DNA of 64,000 nucleotides. Source: Dehalococcoidia bacterium (lineage in GTDB: Bacteria; Chloroflexota; Dehalococcoidia; Plut-88900). A model generated the notes under the pieces. It ran no database searches. It worked only from the letters and a program-made list of their open reading frames with translations, and was not told where the DNA came from. The translations under genes were made by a program, and so were the position numbers. Position 1 is the first letter of the stretch, and every line of letters starts with the position of its first letter. Of the stretch, positions 10,370-20,883 are shown piece by piece. The DNA lies in NCBI GenBank assembly GCA_965197585.1, contig OZ240215.1, positions 3,328,001 to 3,392,000 of the forward strand. Reading direction: 5' to 3'.

Positions 10370-11470
10370 CTAGCTCACCGGGAACCCGTACAGTTCCGCA
10401 GCATTCTGGAATACTACTTTGCGCTTGATGTCCTCCGAATACCCTTCGAATATCCGGTCGATTACCTCGTTCGAGTGTGGGAATGTGCCTTCGTCGTGCG
10501 GGTAGTCGCTGCCCCAGAGCAACGCCTTCTCCCCGATGTAGTCCAGCGTCGCCAGCGCCACCGGGTCATCCCCGAAGGTCGCATGGCCCTGCCTCTTGAA
10601 GTAATCGCTCGGGTCTAGCTCCAGCTTCGGCTCGACCCACATGTGCTTCCGCTGGTACTGCTCGTCCAGCGCATACAGAACCCACGCCAACCACCCCGCC
10701 CCGCACTCCACCACAACGAAGTCCAGCCCCGGGTGCCGCATCGGCACCCCCGACGCCAGCATGTGCGATACGGGCTCAATCCCTTCCGCCATGCTGATGA
10801 TCATATAGGGCAGGAATCCGTTGTCGTCGTCCTCCTCGCCCACGTGGTCCGGCAGGTGGTCCTCCGTGCCTGTGTTGAAGTGCAGGCTGAATACCAGCCC
10901 GGTCTCCTCCAGCACATCCCACAGCGGTTCGTACACCTTGCGGTTGTATGGCTGGTTCTTGATGCCGATGGGGCTGCTGACCACCTTGAACCCCATATTC
11001 GCCAGCCTGTAGGCTTCTTCCACCGCTGAGGGAACGTCTAGCGTCGGCAGGATGGCCGCTGGGGCGAACCGGTCGGGGTGCTCTCCGAATATTTCGTGCA
11101 CCCAGTCATTGTATGTGCGGGCGACCGTCATCTGGTACTCCGTGTCGGGAGACCCGAGATACGTCAGAAGAGCGTTGCAATAGATAACCTCACCCACCAC
11201 GCTGTCCCGGGTCTGGTCCGAGAGCCGCCGATTGATGTTTCGCCCCCCATCCGGGTCCTCTCGGAAATTGCGGTTCAGATCATCCTCATTGATTCGGCTC
11301 TCGGCCACATCAAATCGCCTGGGCTTCCGCCCTTCGACTATCTCGTACTCCCCCCCATCGATGATCTCCTTGTGCGGAAGCCGCTCCCGATAGTGGGCCG
11401 GAATCCTCAGCGTGAATTCATCGGACTCCTGCACGTGGGAATCCGCGGAGATGAATTGCAAATTTGCCAT
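10370..11470 (-). CDS. Amidohydrolase_2 family protein (close paralog of 9178-10278)
   Basis: MANLQFISADSH, C-terminal half nearly identical to its neighbour. Confidence 0.92.
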   Translation of the reverse strand: MANLQFISADSHVQESDEFTLRIPAHYRERLPHKEIIDGGEYEIVEGRKPRRFDVAESRINEDDLNRNFREDPDGGRNINRRLSDQTRDSVVGEVIYCNALLTYLGSPDTEYQMTVARTYNDWVHEIFGEHPDRFAPAAILPTLDVPSAVEEAYRLANMGFKVVSSPIGIKNQPYNRKVYEPLWDVLEETGLVFSLHFNTGTEDHLPDHVGEEDDDNGFLPYMIISMAEGIEPVSHMLASGVPMRHPGLDFVVVECGAGWLAWVLYALDEQYQRKHMWVEPKLELDPSDYFKRQGHATFGDDPVALATLDYIGEKALLWGSDYPHDEGTFPHSNEVIDRIFEGYSEDIKRKVVFQNAAELYGFPVS

Positions 11471-11683
11471 CTCGCCCTCCTGGCTAAAACAGACGCTCTG
11501 CCTTGATATGGAATGCCCCAAAATGGGGGGATTTACCTATTGGATAGGGTGATTGTACTACCCGCGTAGGCAGTGTCAAATTAGTGGTCTAAAGAAGGGA
11601 ATCACTCTTAATGAATGAGTGATTATGAACGGGAGGTCACGAATCGACTGGACGCAATAAACTCTCTGTGACGGGAGACAGAA

Positions 11684-12184
11684 CTATTCGAGTCTAGGTT
11701 GTACCATTACCGGTGACTCGTAGCCTTCATCTATCGGGAGATTCTTCTGACGAGCGGCTTGCGTTGCTAACCGATCGCAACGCTCGTTGTAGCGGTTACC
11801 GGCGTGCCCTCGTACCCAGCGGAACTCAACTTCGTGCTCTGAACAGAGGTCAAGGAGGCGCTCCCATAAATCTGGATTGACGGCCCGGTCCTTCTTGTTG
11901 CGCATCCAACCTTTGGCTCGCCAGCGCTCCACCCACCCCTTTTCTATGGCATCGACGACGTAACGGGAATCACTGTAGAGAATTACGACGTAGCTCTGTT
12001 TTAGAGTCTGAAGGGCCTTTATCGGCCCCATCAGTTCCATGCGGTTGTTGGTCGTGAGGCGGTATCCTCCACTGAGTTCCTTGCGCTGTTCACCGAATTG
12101 CAGCACTACTCCATAACCACCGCGCCCGGGGTTGCCAATACAGGCGCCGTCGGTGTGAATAGTAACCTGAGGTTTTGCGGTCAT
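11684..12184 (-). CDS. rnhA: Ribonuclease HI
   Basis: TDGACIGNPGRGG, TTNNRMEL, SDSRYV, WVRGHAG..NERCD; start MTAKPQ. Confidence 0.95.
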   Translation of the reverse strand: MTAKPQVTIHTDGACIGNPGRGGYGVVLQFGEQRKELSGGYRLTTNNRMELMGPIKALQTLKQSYVVILYSDSRYVVDAIEKGWVERWRAKGWMRNKKDRAVNPDLWERLLDLCSEHEVEFRWVRGHAGNRYNERCDRLATQAARQKNLPIDEGYESPVMVQPRLE

Positions 12185-12194
12185 AGTAGAAACC

Positions 12195-12944
12195 CTATGG
12201 CCAAGTCTTCCCGAAGTCGTTCCGCAGCAGCACCTTGCCCGTAAACGAAGCGTCCTGCTGTGCCAACCATAGCGTCGAGGCCACCACAACCTCGGCAGGC
12301 TCTATAACCAGCCCCCGAGGATTGTTCTCCGGGTCCCAGTTGCGCGTCATGTAGGAAGTCACCAGCCCTGGACTCATCGCGTTTACCGCTATGTTGCAGG
12401 GCTTCAGGTCCTCGGCCATGTTCAGGCTGAACCGGTCCAGCGCCGCCTTGGACGCCCCGTAAACAATGTGGTTGGGTTCGCTCCAATTAGCGTTCCTTGA
12501 ACTGATGTTGATGATGTTTCCCTGCCGCCGTTCGAGCATTGTCGGAACAATGTATTTGCACATAAGGAACGGCCCGCGCACGTTCACAGTCATCACCCGG
12601 TCGAAGTCATCCACCGACATATCGACTATCGAACCCCTAACCGACAGGCCCGCATTGTTGATCAGCACGTCCACCGCCCCAATCTCCGAGCGCACCCTAT
12701 CGATCGTCGACTTCACGTCGGCTTCCACGGCGACGTCGCACGCAATCGCGTGCGCCCTCCCCCCCGACGCCTTAATCCGCTTGACCGTCTCTTCCAGGGA
12801 GCCTTGCCACTCGCCCGTGTTCGGGGCCAGGGTCCGGGCGGTGGCAACAACAATCGCCCCCTCCGCCGCAAACCCATAGGCCAAAGCCTCCCCCACCCCG
12901 CGGCTCGCGCCAGTAATCAGTACAACCTTGTCTTTAAGGGTCAT
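12195..12944 (-). CDS. Short-chain dehydrogenase/reductase
   Basis: TGASRGVG, NNAG, YGASK. Confidence 0.93.
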   Translation of the reverse strand: MTLKDKVVLITGASRGVGEALAYGFAAEGAIVVATARTLAPNTGEWQGSLEETVKRIKASGGRAHAIACDVAVEADVKSTIDRVRSEIGAVDVLINNAGLSVRGSIVDMSVDDFDRVMTVNVRGPFLMCKYIVPTMLERRQGNIINISSRNANWSEPNHIVYGASKAALDRFSLNMAEDLKPCNIAVNAMSPGLVTSYMTRNWDPENNPRGLVIEPAEVVVASTLWLAQQDASFTGKVLLRNDFGKTWP

Positions 12945-13002
12945 GGGGATTCCTTTGGGTGGATCAAAAGGTTAAGTCAGGGACTGTCGGAGGACGGGGG
13001 CG

Positions 13003-13338
13003 TTAAATTAAGAGTTGGCTCGAAGCCCCTCCACCCCCGACCCGCAACTCACCGGCGTCGGCGCAAACATGAACAATCGGGGAAGAGGCCAGCATCGGGT
13101 GCAGCATGTCTTCGAAGCGCCTGCGGTCGCTGTGTCCCGCCCATCGCTGCCAGTCCTGAACACTGCGCCACGTACTTACCACTATCAATGTCGCGTGGTT
13201 GCTCACGTCCACAAGTGTCTCGCCGGAAATATATCCGGTCTGCCGGGTTGCCATCGCCCTCATTTCCACAAGAATGTCCAGAGACCGGGCCTCGCTGCCC
13301 GGCAGCACGTGGCGCTCTATGACAATCTTAGCTTGCAT
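13003..13338 (-). CDS. Antibiotic biosynthesis monooxygenase (ABM) family protein
   Basis: Q.GYISGETL, VVSTW.S...W..W pattern; 111 aa. Confidence 0.8.
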   Translation of the reverse strand: MQAKIVIERHVLPGSEARSLDILVEMRAMATRQTGYISGETLVDVSNHATLIVVSTWRSVQDWQRWAGHSDRRRFEDMLHPMLASSPIVHVCADAGELRVGGGGASSQLLI

Positions 13339-13536
13339 CGCACCTTCTAGCCGGTGGTCGCCGCACCCGGCTTCGCATCAGACCTACATGGTCTACACGC
13401 ACTTCTACGCGCTAAAACTTACCCGCACGGGGTGCCGCCTGTCAATCCGACTCCCCTTGCCCATGATTGCATTACCATCGTAAAGTGATAATCTTTTCCC
13501 TACCTATATTCCAACTCTATGCGGGAGCCAATCGAT

Positions 13537-14550
13537 ATGAAAGTAAACGCCCACCTCGATACCAACAAACTCTCGGAAATCTCTGAACAAGCCGCCCGCG
13601 CCGAGGCCCTCGGCTTCGACTCCCTCGCCCTCGCCGAACTCACCCTCGACCCCTTCCTCTGCTCTCTCCTGGCTGCGGAGCACACCCGAAACGCCGGCAT
13701 CAAGACCGCCATCGCCGTCGCCTTTCCCCGCAGCCCCATGACCACGGCCTACATGGCCTGGAACATTCAACAGCTGGCAGGCGGTAGATTCGAACTGGGT
13801 CTTGGCACTCAGGTCAAGGGCCACAACGAAAGGCGTTTCAGTACCCCCTGGGTCTCCCCCGGCCCCCGACTCAAGGAGTACATCGCCTCTCTCAGGGCCG
13901 TATGGGACACGTGGCAGAACGGTACGCCGTTAAACTTCCGCGGTAAGTTCTACAACTTGACCCTGATGATCCCCGTCTTCGACCCCGGCCCCATCCCCCA
14001 GCCCCGCATCCCCATCTCCATTTCCGCCGTGAACAAATACATGCTCGGCTTGGGTGGAGAAGTTGCCGACGGCATTCAACTGCACAGCTTCTGCACCCCC
14101 AAATACGTCCACGAGGTTGTGTTGCCCACGGTCGAAGAGGGCGCTAAGAAGGCCGGCCGTTCCCTGCAGGACGTGGCTGTTACCGGAGGCTGCTTCATTG
14201 TCGCCGAGACCCCCGGCCAAGACCTCGACGCCCAAGTCGCCGCCGTGCGTCAGCGCATCGCCTTCTACGCATCAACCCGCACCTACAAGCCCGTGATGGA
14301 CGTCCACGGCTGGGGAGACGTGACCCTGGAGCTGCACGGGCTTTCTCTCAAGGGCATGTGGCGAGAAATGACCGCCCTCATTACCGACGAGATGCTCGAC
14401 GCCTTCGCCATATTCGGCTCCTACGACGCCCTTCCAGGCCTCATAGAGAAGCGGTACGGCGGATGGGCCTCCAGCGTGGACCTGGGCCTCCCGGACGGGC
14501 CCGACGATGGCGGGAAGCAGGCTATAGAGAAAATAAAGCTGATTGCCTAG
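13537..14550 (+). CDS. F420-dependent LLM-class oxidoreductase (TIGR03617-like)
   Basis: AIAVAFPRSPM, GRFELGLGTQVKGHNERRFS, IAFYASTRTY..V...HGW. Confidence 0.9.
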   Translation: MKVNAHLDTNKLSEISEQAARAEALGFDSLALAELTLDPFLCSLLAAEHTRNAGIKTAIAVAFPRSPMTTAYMAWNIQQLAGGRFELGLGTQVKGHNERRFSTPWVSPGPRLKEYIASLRAVWDTWQNGTPLNFRGKFYNLTLMIPVFDPGPIPQPRIPISISAVNKYMLGLGGEVADGIQLHSFCTPKYVHEVVLPTVEEGAKKAGRSLQDVAVTGGCFIVAETPGQDLDAQVAAVRQRIAFYASTRTYKPVMDVHGWGDVTLELHGLSLKGMWREMTALITDEMLDAFAIFGSYDALPGLIEKRYGGWASSVDLGLPDGPDDGGKQAIEKIKLIA

Positions 14551-14560
14551 TAGCGCCCCC

Positions 14561-15001
14561 CTACGAGAATATCTCCAGCAGCCGCTTCCTCCGGTAGCCA
14601 AAAATCCTTCGCAGCTCCCTCGCCATGAATAGATGTTCGACCGGCCACCCGAACGGCACCCGATAGTCGACGTGGTCGGTCACCAGCGTGCCCTCGGGAG
14701 TCTCCTCGAAAGTGTGCCGATGCAGCCAATATCGATACGGCCCGCCAACCTGGAAGTCGCAGAACTCGTAAGGAGGGGCCCACACCGAGATTTTGCTCTT
14801 CCACTTGAACGGCACCCGGTATAGGCTGATCCTGTAATCTATAATGGTCCCGAGCCCCATCTCTATCGGCGTCGGCGTCACTATCGAAAACCTGACCCAC
14901 GGTGGCGTTAGGAGGTTCAGGTTCTCGGCAGAGGCTAAGAAGTGGAAAACCGGCTCCCGAGCGTGGGGCAGCAGCAACTCTTCGTGGTATTGGTAGGGCA
15001 T
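14561..15001 (-). CDS. SRPBCC family protein (start may extend to 15037)
   Basis: NLNLLTPPW, F.D.QV.GPYRYW.H.H.F, IFGYR. Confidence 0.85.
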   Translation of the reverse strand: MPYQYHEELLLPHAREPVFHFLASAENLNLLTPPWVRFSIVTPTPIEMGLGTIIDYRISLYRVPFKWKSKISVWAPPYEFCDFQVGGPYRYWLHRHTFEETPEGTLVTDHVDYRVPFGWPVEHLFMARELRRIFGYRRKRLLEIFS

Positions 15002-15136
15002 GAGGCTTGTACCGGCGAAAACTGTAGGCTTTCGCACGGTTCGTTATATTACATTGGCCGGTTAAGCAACGGATAGGCCCCGATTCCCTCCCACCTTCAC
15101 TCCTTCAGGGCCCTTAGCAATGATTGGGGGATAACG

Positions 15137-16282
15137 ATGATGAAGATTCTCGACAGCGACATGCACGTCCACGAGCCTTGGGACATCTGGCTCAACTACA
15201 TCTCCCCCGAGTTCCGGGATCGAGCCCCCGTCGGCGCCACCAAAGATCCGATGGACATGAACACCCTCGTAGACGGCAAGCCCATAGGCTTCGCTCAGGA
15301 GACCGGCGTAAATGACAACCGGGAAGAGCAAATTCACCGAGAGGTCGAGAAACTCCAGTCCGAGAGGCTCCCCGAGGGCATCGCCAGTGGCTTCGACGCC
15401 GCCTCCCAGGTCCATGCTATGGACGTTGAGGGCCTCACCGGGGCCGTACTGCTCCCGACCCGCGGCCTCGCCGTCGCCGCCGTAGATTTCAACGACCGGG
15501 CCTTCGCCTCCGCCGTGTCCCGGGGCTACAACGACTGGCTTTATGACTTCTGTTCCCGGGGCCCCGGCAGGCTCTATGGCGCCGCCATGATTACCCTGGA
15601 GGACGTGGACGACGCCATAGCCGAGATCAAGCGCTCCCGCAAAGACCTTGCCTTCAAGGGCGTCTTCGCCCGGCCCAATCCCCTGCGCGACCGTAATTGG
15701 CACGATGATGTCTACGATCCCCTCTGGGAAGTCTGCCAGGACCTGGATGTGCCCATGATCTTCCACGAAGGGTTCCGCAGCAATCTTCCCCAGGCCATGG
15801 CCGAGAGATTCCTCCAGGAGCAGGACAAGGTCTGGACCATGGCCCACGTCGCCTGCCACCCCATCGAGCAGATGTACGCCTGCCTCTGCATGTGTGTCGG
15901 CGGCGTCTTCGAGCGGTTTCCCAAGCTCAGGGTTGGTTTCCTTGAAGGAAACGCCAGCTGGATACCCTTCTGGCTCTGGCGCATGGACGAGCACTACGAA
16001 CTGAGGCGCAATTGGACCGAGGGCTACATCTCCATGGCCCCCAGCGAGTACTTTAAGCGCCAGGGCTACGTCTCCATCGACGCCGACGAAAAGCCCGCCG
16101 CTTACGCCGTAGACTGGGCGGGTGACGAGAACTTCGTCTTCTCCACCGACTACCCCCACACCGACTCCAAATACCCCCACGCCGTCGAGGAGTTCCTCAA
16201 ACTCCCCATCCCCGACGAATCCAAGCGCAAGATCCTCTGGGACAACTGCGCCCGCCTCTACGGCATGATAAACGGCGCTTAG
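15137..16282 (+). CDS. Amidohydrolase_2 family protein
   Basis: LDSDMHVHEP, FLEGNASW, FSTDYPHTD. Confidence 0.92.
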   Translation: MMKILDSDMHVHEPWDIWLNYISPEFRDRAPVGATKDPMDMNTLVDGKPIGFAQETGVNDNREEQIHREVEKLQSERLPEGIASGFDAASQVHAMDVEGLTGAVLLPTRGLAVAAVDFNDRAFASAVSRGYNDWLYDFCSRGPGRLYGAAMITLEDVDDAIAEIKRSRKDLAFKGVFARPNPLRDRNWHDDVYDPLWEVCQDLDVPMIFHEGFRSNLPQAMAERFLQEQDKVWTMAHVACHPIEQMYACLCMCVGGVFERFPKLRVGFLEGNASWIPFWLWRMDEHYELRRNWTEGYISMAPSEYFKRQGYVSIDADEKPAAYAVDWAGDENFVFSTDYPHTDSKYPHAVEEFLKLPIPDESKRKILWDNCARLYGMINGA

Positions 16283-16612
16283 CTCACCGTCCCGTCTAGC
16301 CTGACAACCTACCCCCTTACCCCTCGTCATTCCTGCGGAGGCAGGAACCTAGGGGTGGGCCCCGGGGATGGGCATCCTGTCCCCTCTCCCTCAACGATAC
16401 CTTTGCATAGCCTGTGTTGGAGGGGCGTGGGGCCGCTCGTGCTGAGGCTCTCGAAGTATGAGCGGGGGGGGGTGTTAGGCGATCTGGATGGAACAACAAG
16501 TACGATCTGCAGTTACACAAAGGCCCCTCGAGGATCCCCAGATGCTCCAAAGCATGAGAGGTCTTGAGCTTACCCCGAGTGCCACCCAATGAGGTGCGAG
16601 CGTTTCACCCCC

Positions 16613-17455
16613 CTACAACACCTGCCACACCCGCTTCCCCTCCAACCTCACAATCTGCCCTAAACCCGGGGCCGGGAAGTGCCCCGCTGCCACCTTCAAC
16701 CCCTTCTCCTCCACCATCTTCATCACCGACTCCCGAGTCTCACGCGCCACGTCGTGGTCGCAGTCTGCAATGACCTTCCATCCAGTCTCTTGGACTTGCT
16801 TCGGGTGGTGCGCCACGTCCCCTAAAACCAGCCCCTGCTCGCCCTGAGACGAGATCAGCAGGCTCATGTGGCCCGGAGTATGGCCGGGGGTGTGAATCGC
16901 AGTAATTTCGTCGGTTATCACCCACTCCTTACCCGACACTAGCTCCAGCTTCCCCATCTCGTAAAGCGGCTCGACGGTGGACGCTTCGTAAAAGTATTTC
17001 TCCTTGGCCTCCGGCTCGTTCCTGAAGAACTCCCAGTCGATCTCGTGGGCCACGTACCTGGCCTTGGGAAACAGGACAGCCGGCACCCCACCATTCCGAG
17101 ATACGTTCCAACCCGTGTGATCGAAGTGCAGATGCGTCATAAACACCATGTCCACGTCCCCCGCATCTACTTTGTTCGCTTTCATCTCATTAAACAGGCT
17201 GCCCCACTCCCCTCCGACGCCCTCGGTCTCCACATCTCCCATCCCTGTGTCCACCATTATCGTCTGCCCCCCTGACCGGATCAGGAAAGACCCCAGGTTG
17301 GTCGAGAACTCGGGCTCCGCCTCGGGCGACACGCAACCGCACCCCCACGTCCGGGTCACCTCGTCCCCGTACATATCCCGCACCGCGCCATCCATGTGCC
17401 CGTCCGATAGCGACAGGACCGTAACATTGCCGATTGTCAGTGTATTGCCAGCCAA
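16613..17455 (-). CDS. Metallo-beta-lactamase fold hydrolase
   Basis: THLHFDHTG, TPGHTPGH, GD..H, HFP; TTG start after GGAGGAG. Confidence 0.9.
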   Translation of the reverse strand: MAGNTLTIGNVTVLSLSDGHMDGAVRDMYGDEVTRTWGCGCVSPEAEPEFSTNLGSFLIRSGGQTIMVDTGMGDVETEGVGGEWGSLFNEMKANKVDAGDVDMVFMTHLHFDHTGWNVSRNGGVPAVLFPKARYVAHEIDWEFFRNEPEAKEKYFYEASTVEPLYEMGKLELVSGKEWVITDEITAIHTPGHTPGHMSLLISSQGEQGLVLGDVAHHPKQVQETGWKVIADCDHDVARETRESVMKMVEEKGLKVAAGHFPAPGLGQIVRLEGKRVWQVL

Positions 17456-17738
17456 GGTATCTCCTCCAATATCGCGGTTAGTAGCAGCCCCCGCCCCCCA
17501 TCTCCCTCGCCCCGCCATTTAACCCCGCACCCACCCGTTTGTCGAGTGGGTGTGACACAAGCCCCTTGCCCCGGCCCCACCCCATGTACTACCTTTACCC
17601 CCTATGGAAAAACCCTTCAATACTCCCCTGTGGGCTGCACCGTCCTTCCCCATCGAGGGATGCCCCCGCCGCAAAAATTCCCCCGGATCAATCAAACAGG
17701 CACGATTTTTGACTGAATCAATCAAATAAGGAGAAATA

Positions 17739-18548
17739 ATGCGGACCAAAGAGCTGGGTAATACGGGTGTCGAGATACCGGAGATCGGGCTGGGGACCTC
17801 CCAGTACAACGGAGGCCTCGAGCCCTTGGTCCGCGGTATTGAAGCCGGCGCCAATCTCCTTGACACTGCAGAACGCTACGGCACCGAAGAGGTGGTAGGC
17901 GAAGCAGTCCGCGGTCGCCGCGACTCCGTGTTAGTCGCGACGAAGGTCTCGGGTGCCAACGTCAAGTACGACCAGGTCATTGATGCCGCCAACCAGAGTC
18001 TTGCAAGGCTTGGAGTCGACTGCATCGATCTCTACCAGGTCCACTGGCAGGACCCCAACGTCCCCATCAAGGAGACCATGAGTGCCATGGAAGCGTTGGT
18101 CGACGAAGGGAAGGTGAAGTACATCGGCGTCAGCAACTACACCGCCGACCAGATGAAGGAGGCCCAGGACTGCCTGAAGAGCAATCGCATCGTCTCCAAC
18201 CAGGTCCTATACAACCTCGCCGATCGGGAGATTGAGGACGAGGTGCTGCCCTATTGCCAGGAGAACGGGATCACCGTGCTGGCCTTCAGCCCCTTGGCCC
18301 AGGGTCGGCTCGCGTCCCTGTCCTTTTTCTGGCGCACCAAGGCCATGAACGCCCTCAGGCGGATAGCCGGGGAGTTGGGCAAGACCAGCGCCCAGGTGGC
18401 CCTCAACTGGTGCATCTCCAAGCAGAACGTAGTCCCGATACCCAAGTCCAGTCAGGAAGCCCGCGTCCTCGAGTTCTGCGCTGCCTCCGGCTGGAACCTC
18501 ACCCCCGACCAGATAGCAGAACTGGACCGCCTCTTCGTCCGCTACTAG
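17739..18548 (+). CDS. Aldo/keto reductase
   Basis: DTAERYG, IDLYQVHW, IGVSNY, PIPKS. Confidence 0.93.
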   Translation: MRTKELGNTGVEIPEIGLGTSQYNGGLEPLVRGIEAGANLLDTAERYGTEEVVGEAVRGRRDSVLVATKVSGANVKYDQVIDAANQSLARLGVDCIDLYQVHWQDPNVPIKETMSAMEALVDEGKVKYIGVSNYTADQMKEAQDCLKSNRIVSNQVLYNLADREIEDEVLPYCQENGITVLAFSPLAQGRLASLSFFWRTKAMNALRRIAGELGKTSAQVALNWCISKQNVVPIPKSSQEARVLEFCAASGWNLTPDQIAELDRLFVRY

Positions 18549-18593
18549 TCCTAAATCGGGACAACAGCTCGATTAGCCGCCGGACTCCTTCCC

Positions 18594-20216
18594 TTACTCT
18601 GACTCACCACCGGGATTTGGCCCCGAAGGGCTCGACCCACCCGGCATCACTGAGCGCAGCCGGGACCCGTACCGCCTGATGAGTATCACGGCTGCGCCCA
18701 TTGCCAGGATAACCGGGCTGAATATCCCCACCCAGATAAGCACAGCCAGTGCCACCTTTCCTACCGCCGACAGTGCCCTGATCGCCGTCTTCGCCGTCTC
18801 CCCCACATCCCATCCACCCACCGCGAACCCCTCGACCTCGGTGACATGAACTGTAAAGGAGTCGGTTGAGCTGATCCGGCCCACGTCGCTCATCGCACTT
18901 ACCGTCACTACGACTTCGTACGGCCTGGGCCTGAAGTCCGAGTACTCGTGGGACACTGCAATGCGGCTTTCCTCATCTTCGATACTGCCCGTTACCGTCG
19001 GAGACCCGTCCCCGAACTCCCACTGGTATTCGAAGTCCCGCAGTTCCGCCGGCCGGGTGAACCGCGCAACGTAGTCGACCTCGTCTCCTTCTTCAACCGT
19101 CTGGCTCTCTCCGGCAAACACGTCGATAGTCGGGACCTCCCGCACCGTCGCCTCCATGGAGGCCGACCCTTCCGCTAACCCCTCCTCACCGGCTCCCGTC
19201 AGGTCAACTCTGACGATGTATGGAGAATCTCGATCATCTTCATACGTGTGTGTTACCGTCGCCGTCAGCCGTGTCCCGTCGGGCCTGAGAGTGCTTCCAG
19301 CCCCTGCAGCCGACGTCCCGTCCCCGAAATCCCACACGAATGAGAACTCTTCTATACCCGGCGGCGCCCTGAAGGATGCGCGGAACCGGCCGTTCTCACC
19401 CACCCTCAGCGATGCGTCTGGCCCCGGGTCAACTTCGATCTGCACCGGAGAGACCTTTAGGTTCACCTCGATAAGCGAGAATGCTGATGTCTGACTCAGG
19501 TAGTTGATCCTTCCCTGCATCCCTTCGATCCGCTCCTCCAGCGCCGAAAGCTCCTTCTCGACAAGCAGAGCATCCTCAATCGTCCCAGATTGCTCCAGGA
19601 ACGATAGGAGCCTGTCCCTCGTTGCCCTGAGGCTCACCAACCTCGATTCAATGTCTACATACTCATCCGTTACGTCCTGGCTCGTAATCTCCCGAGATTC
19701 CACTTCAAGGGCCAGCGCCTCGATCCTGTTGAAAGCGTCCTGCAGCGACCCCGCCGGCACCCGAATGGCGATTGACCCGCTATGCTGAGAAACCCGGTTG
19801 GATCCAACCACCCAGCCACCGAGATCAATGGAGACATCCGTGATCTGCGACAACGCATCCGCCACGTCGTCCACCACCAGTGACATACGTCCTGTGTGGA
19901 CGATGATGCGGTTCTGGGCGAATGAAGTCAGTTGTACTGTAACGTCGGTTTTTTCGGCAGAGGCACTGTCGATGTCCATGGCGTCGTCGAATTCCGCTGC
20001 TGCCCACTGCATAGCCTCCTCATCCATCATCATTAGAGGCATCGCGGTTGGCTCGGCCATAATCGCTACTTGGTTGGACTCTTTGGTCGTGTCAAATGAC
20101 CCCTCAGGGTCCGATAAGGACGCCCCGGAGTCCGATGCCCCGCAAGCTGAGGCAAAAGCCACAACTATCGTTGCTGCTATGACCAATAGCGTCCAGGCCA
20201 ATCGCTTTATCTTCAA
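18594..20216 (-). CDS. Lipoprotein with DUF4349 domain, two PKD-like domains and C-terminal TM helix
   Basis: Lipobox ASAC; QDVTDEYVD..SRL; WDFGDG and WEFGDG PKD signatures. Confidence 0.75.
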   Translation of the reverse strand: MKIKRLAWTLLVIAATIVVAFASACGASDSGASLSDPEGSFDTTKESNQVAIMAEPTAMPLMMMDEEAMQWAAAEFDDAMDIDSASAEKTDVTVQLTSFAQNRIIVHTGRMSLVVDDVADALSQITDVSIDLGGWVVGSNRVSQHSGSIAIRVPAGSLQDAFNRIEALALEVESREITSQDVTDEYVDIESRLVSLRATRDRLLSFLEQSGTIEDALLVEKELSALEERIEGMQGRINYLSQTSAFSLIEVNLKVSPVQIEVDPGPDASLRVGENGRFRASFRAPPGIEEFSFVWDFGDGTSAAGAGSTLRPDGTRLTATVTHTYEDDRDSPYIVRVDLTGAGEEGLAEGSASMEATVREVPTIDVFAGESQTVEEGDEVDYVARFTRPAELRDFEYQWEFGDGSPTVTGSIEDEESRIAVSHEYSDFRPRPYEVVVTVSAMSDVGRISSTDSFTVHVTEVEGFAVGGWDVGETAKTAIRALSAVGKVALAVLIWVGIFSPVILAMGAAVILIRRYGSRLRSVMPGGSSPSGPNPGGESE

Positions 20217-20569
20217 AACTCGCCTCCAGCCATATTCTCCCTGTCCCTAATCATATAACGATAACGTTGCCCAAAATGTTCCATTCCGCCTTACCCTAAG
20301 CCTTTCCTGATACCCTTGAGCATACTTCAGGCTCATCGAAAAGGGACGGCAAAGCAGTGCCACCCATCAATAACGCGCCGTTTATATATGAGGCTCTACT
20401 CCGTTTATGTAAGTGAAAGACTATCGGGGTTGTCGCTCAACAGGCCTCGCCTTCCAGGCATTTGACTCGCTATAATCTCGGGAGCAAGCCTTCTTGTGCC
20501 TGAATCGTATCGCTTTGCTTGACATCGAATCTGCAAAATGCTAACTTTCACTGACAAATTTAAAAGTGA

Positions 20570-20810
20570 AAGGCTGAGAAGAGGAGTAGTAGGAATACCG
20601 AAAACCTCTAGAGAGCCGGGGTAAGGTGAAAGCCCGGCGGTCGTAGGTTTCCGAACTCGCCTCAGAGCTGCCAATCCGAAAGCCGTATGTCGGCAAGTAA
20701 TTTTGGCCGGTTGACAACCGTTACAGGTCCTGAGATCTTCTGGCGTGCCGGGAGATGAAGAAGGGTGGTACCGCGGATTCTCCGCCCCTTTAGGGGTGGG
20801 GATTTTTTTT
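20570..20810 (+). promoter_or_regulatory. T-box riboswitch leader (Leu specifier CTC) with terminator
   Basis: Stem I with AGAGA and GGTGAAA motifs; GAA-CTC specifier at ~20653; T-box AAGGGTGGTACCGCG at ~20761; hairpin followed by T8. Confidence 0.9.
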
Positions 20811-20883
20811 ACCCGACACAGGAAATTGAAGATAGGCGAGTTGCCGGCGGCCCGAACCCAGGGCCCCGAGTTAGTGATCGGAA

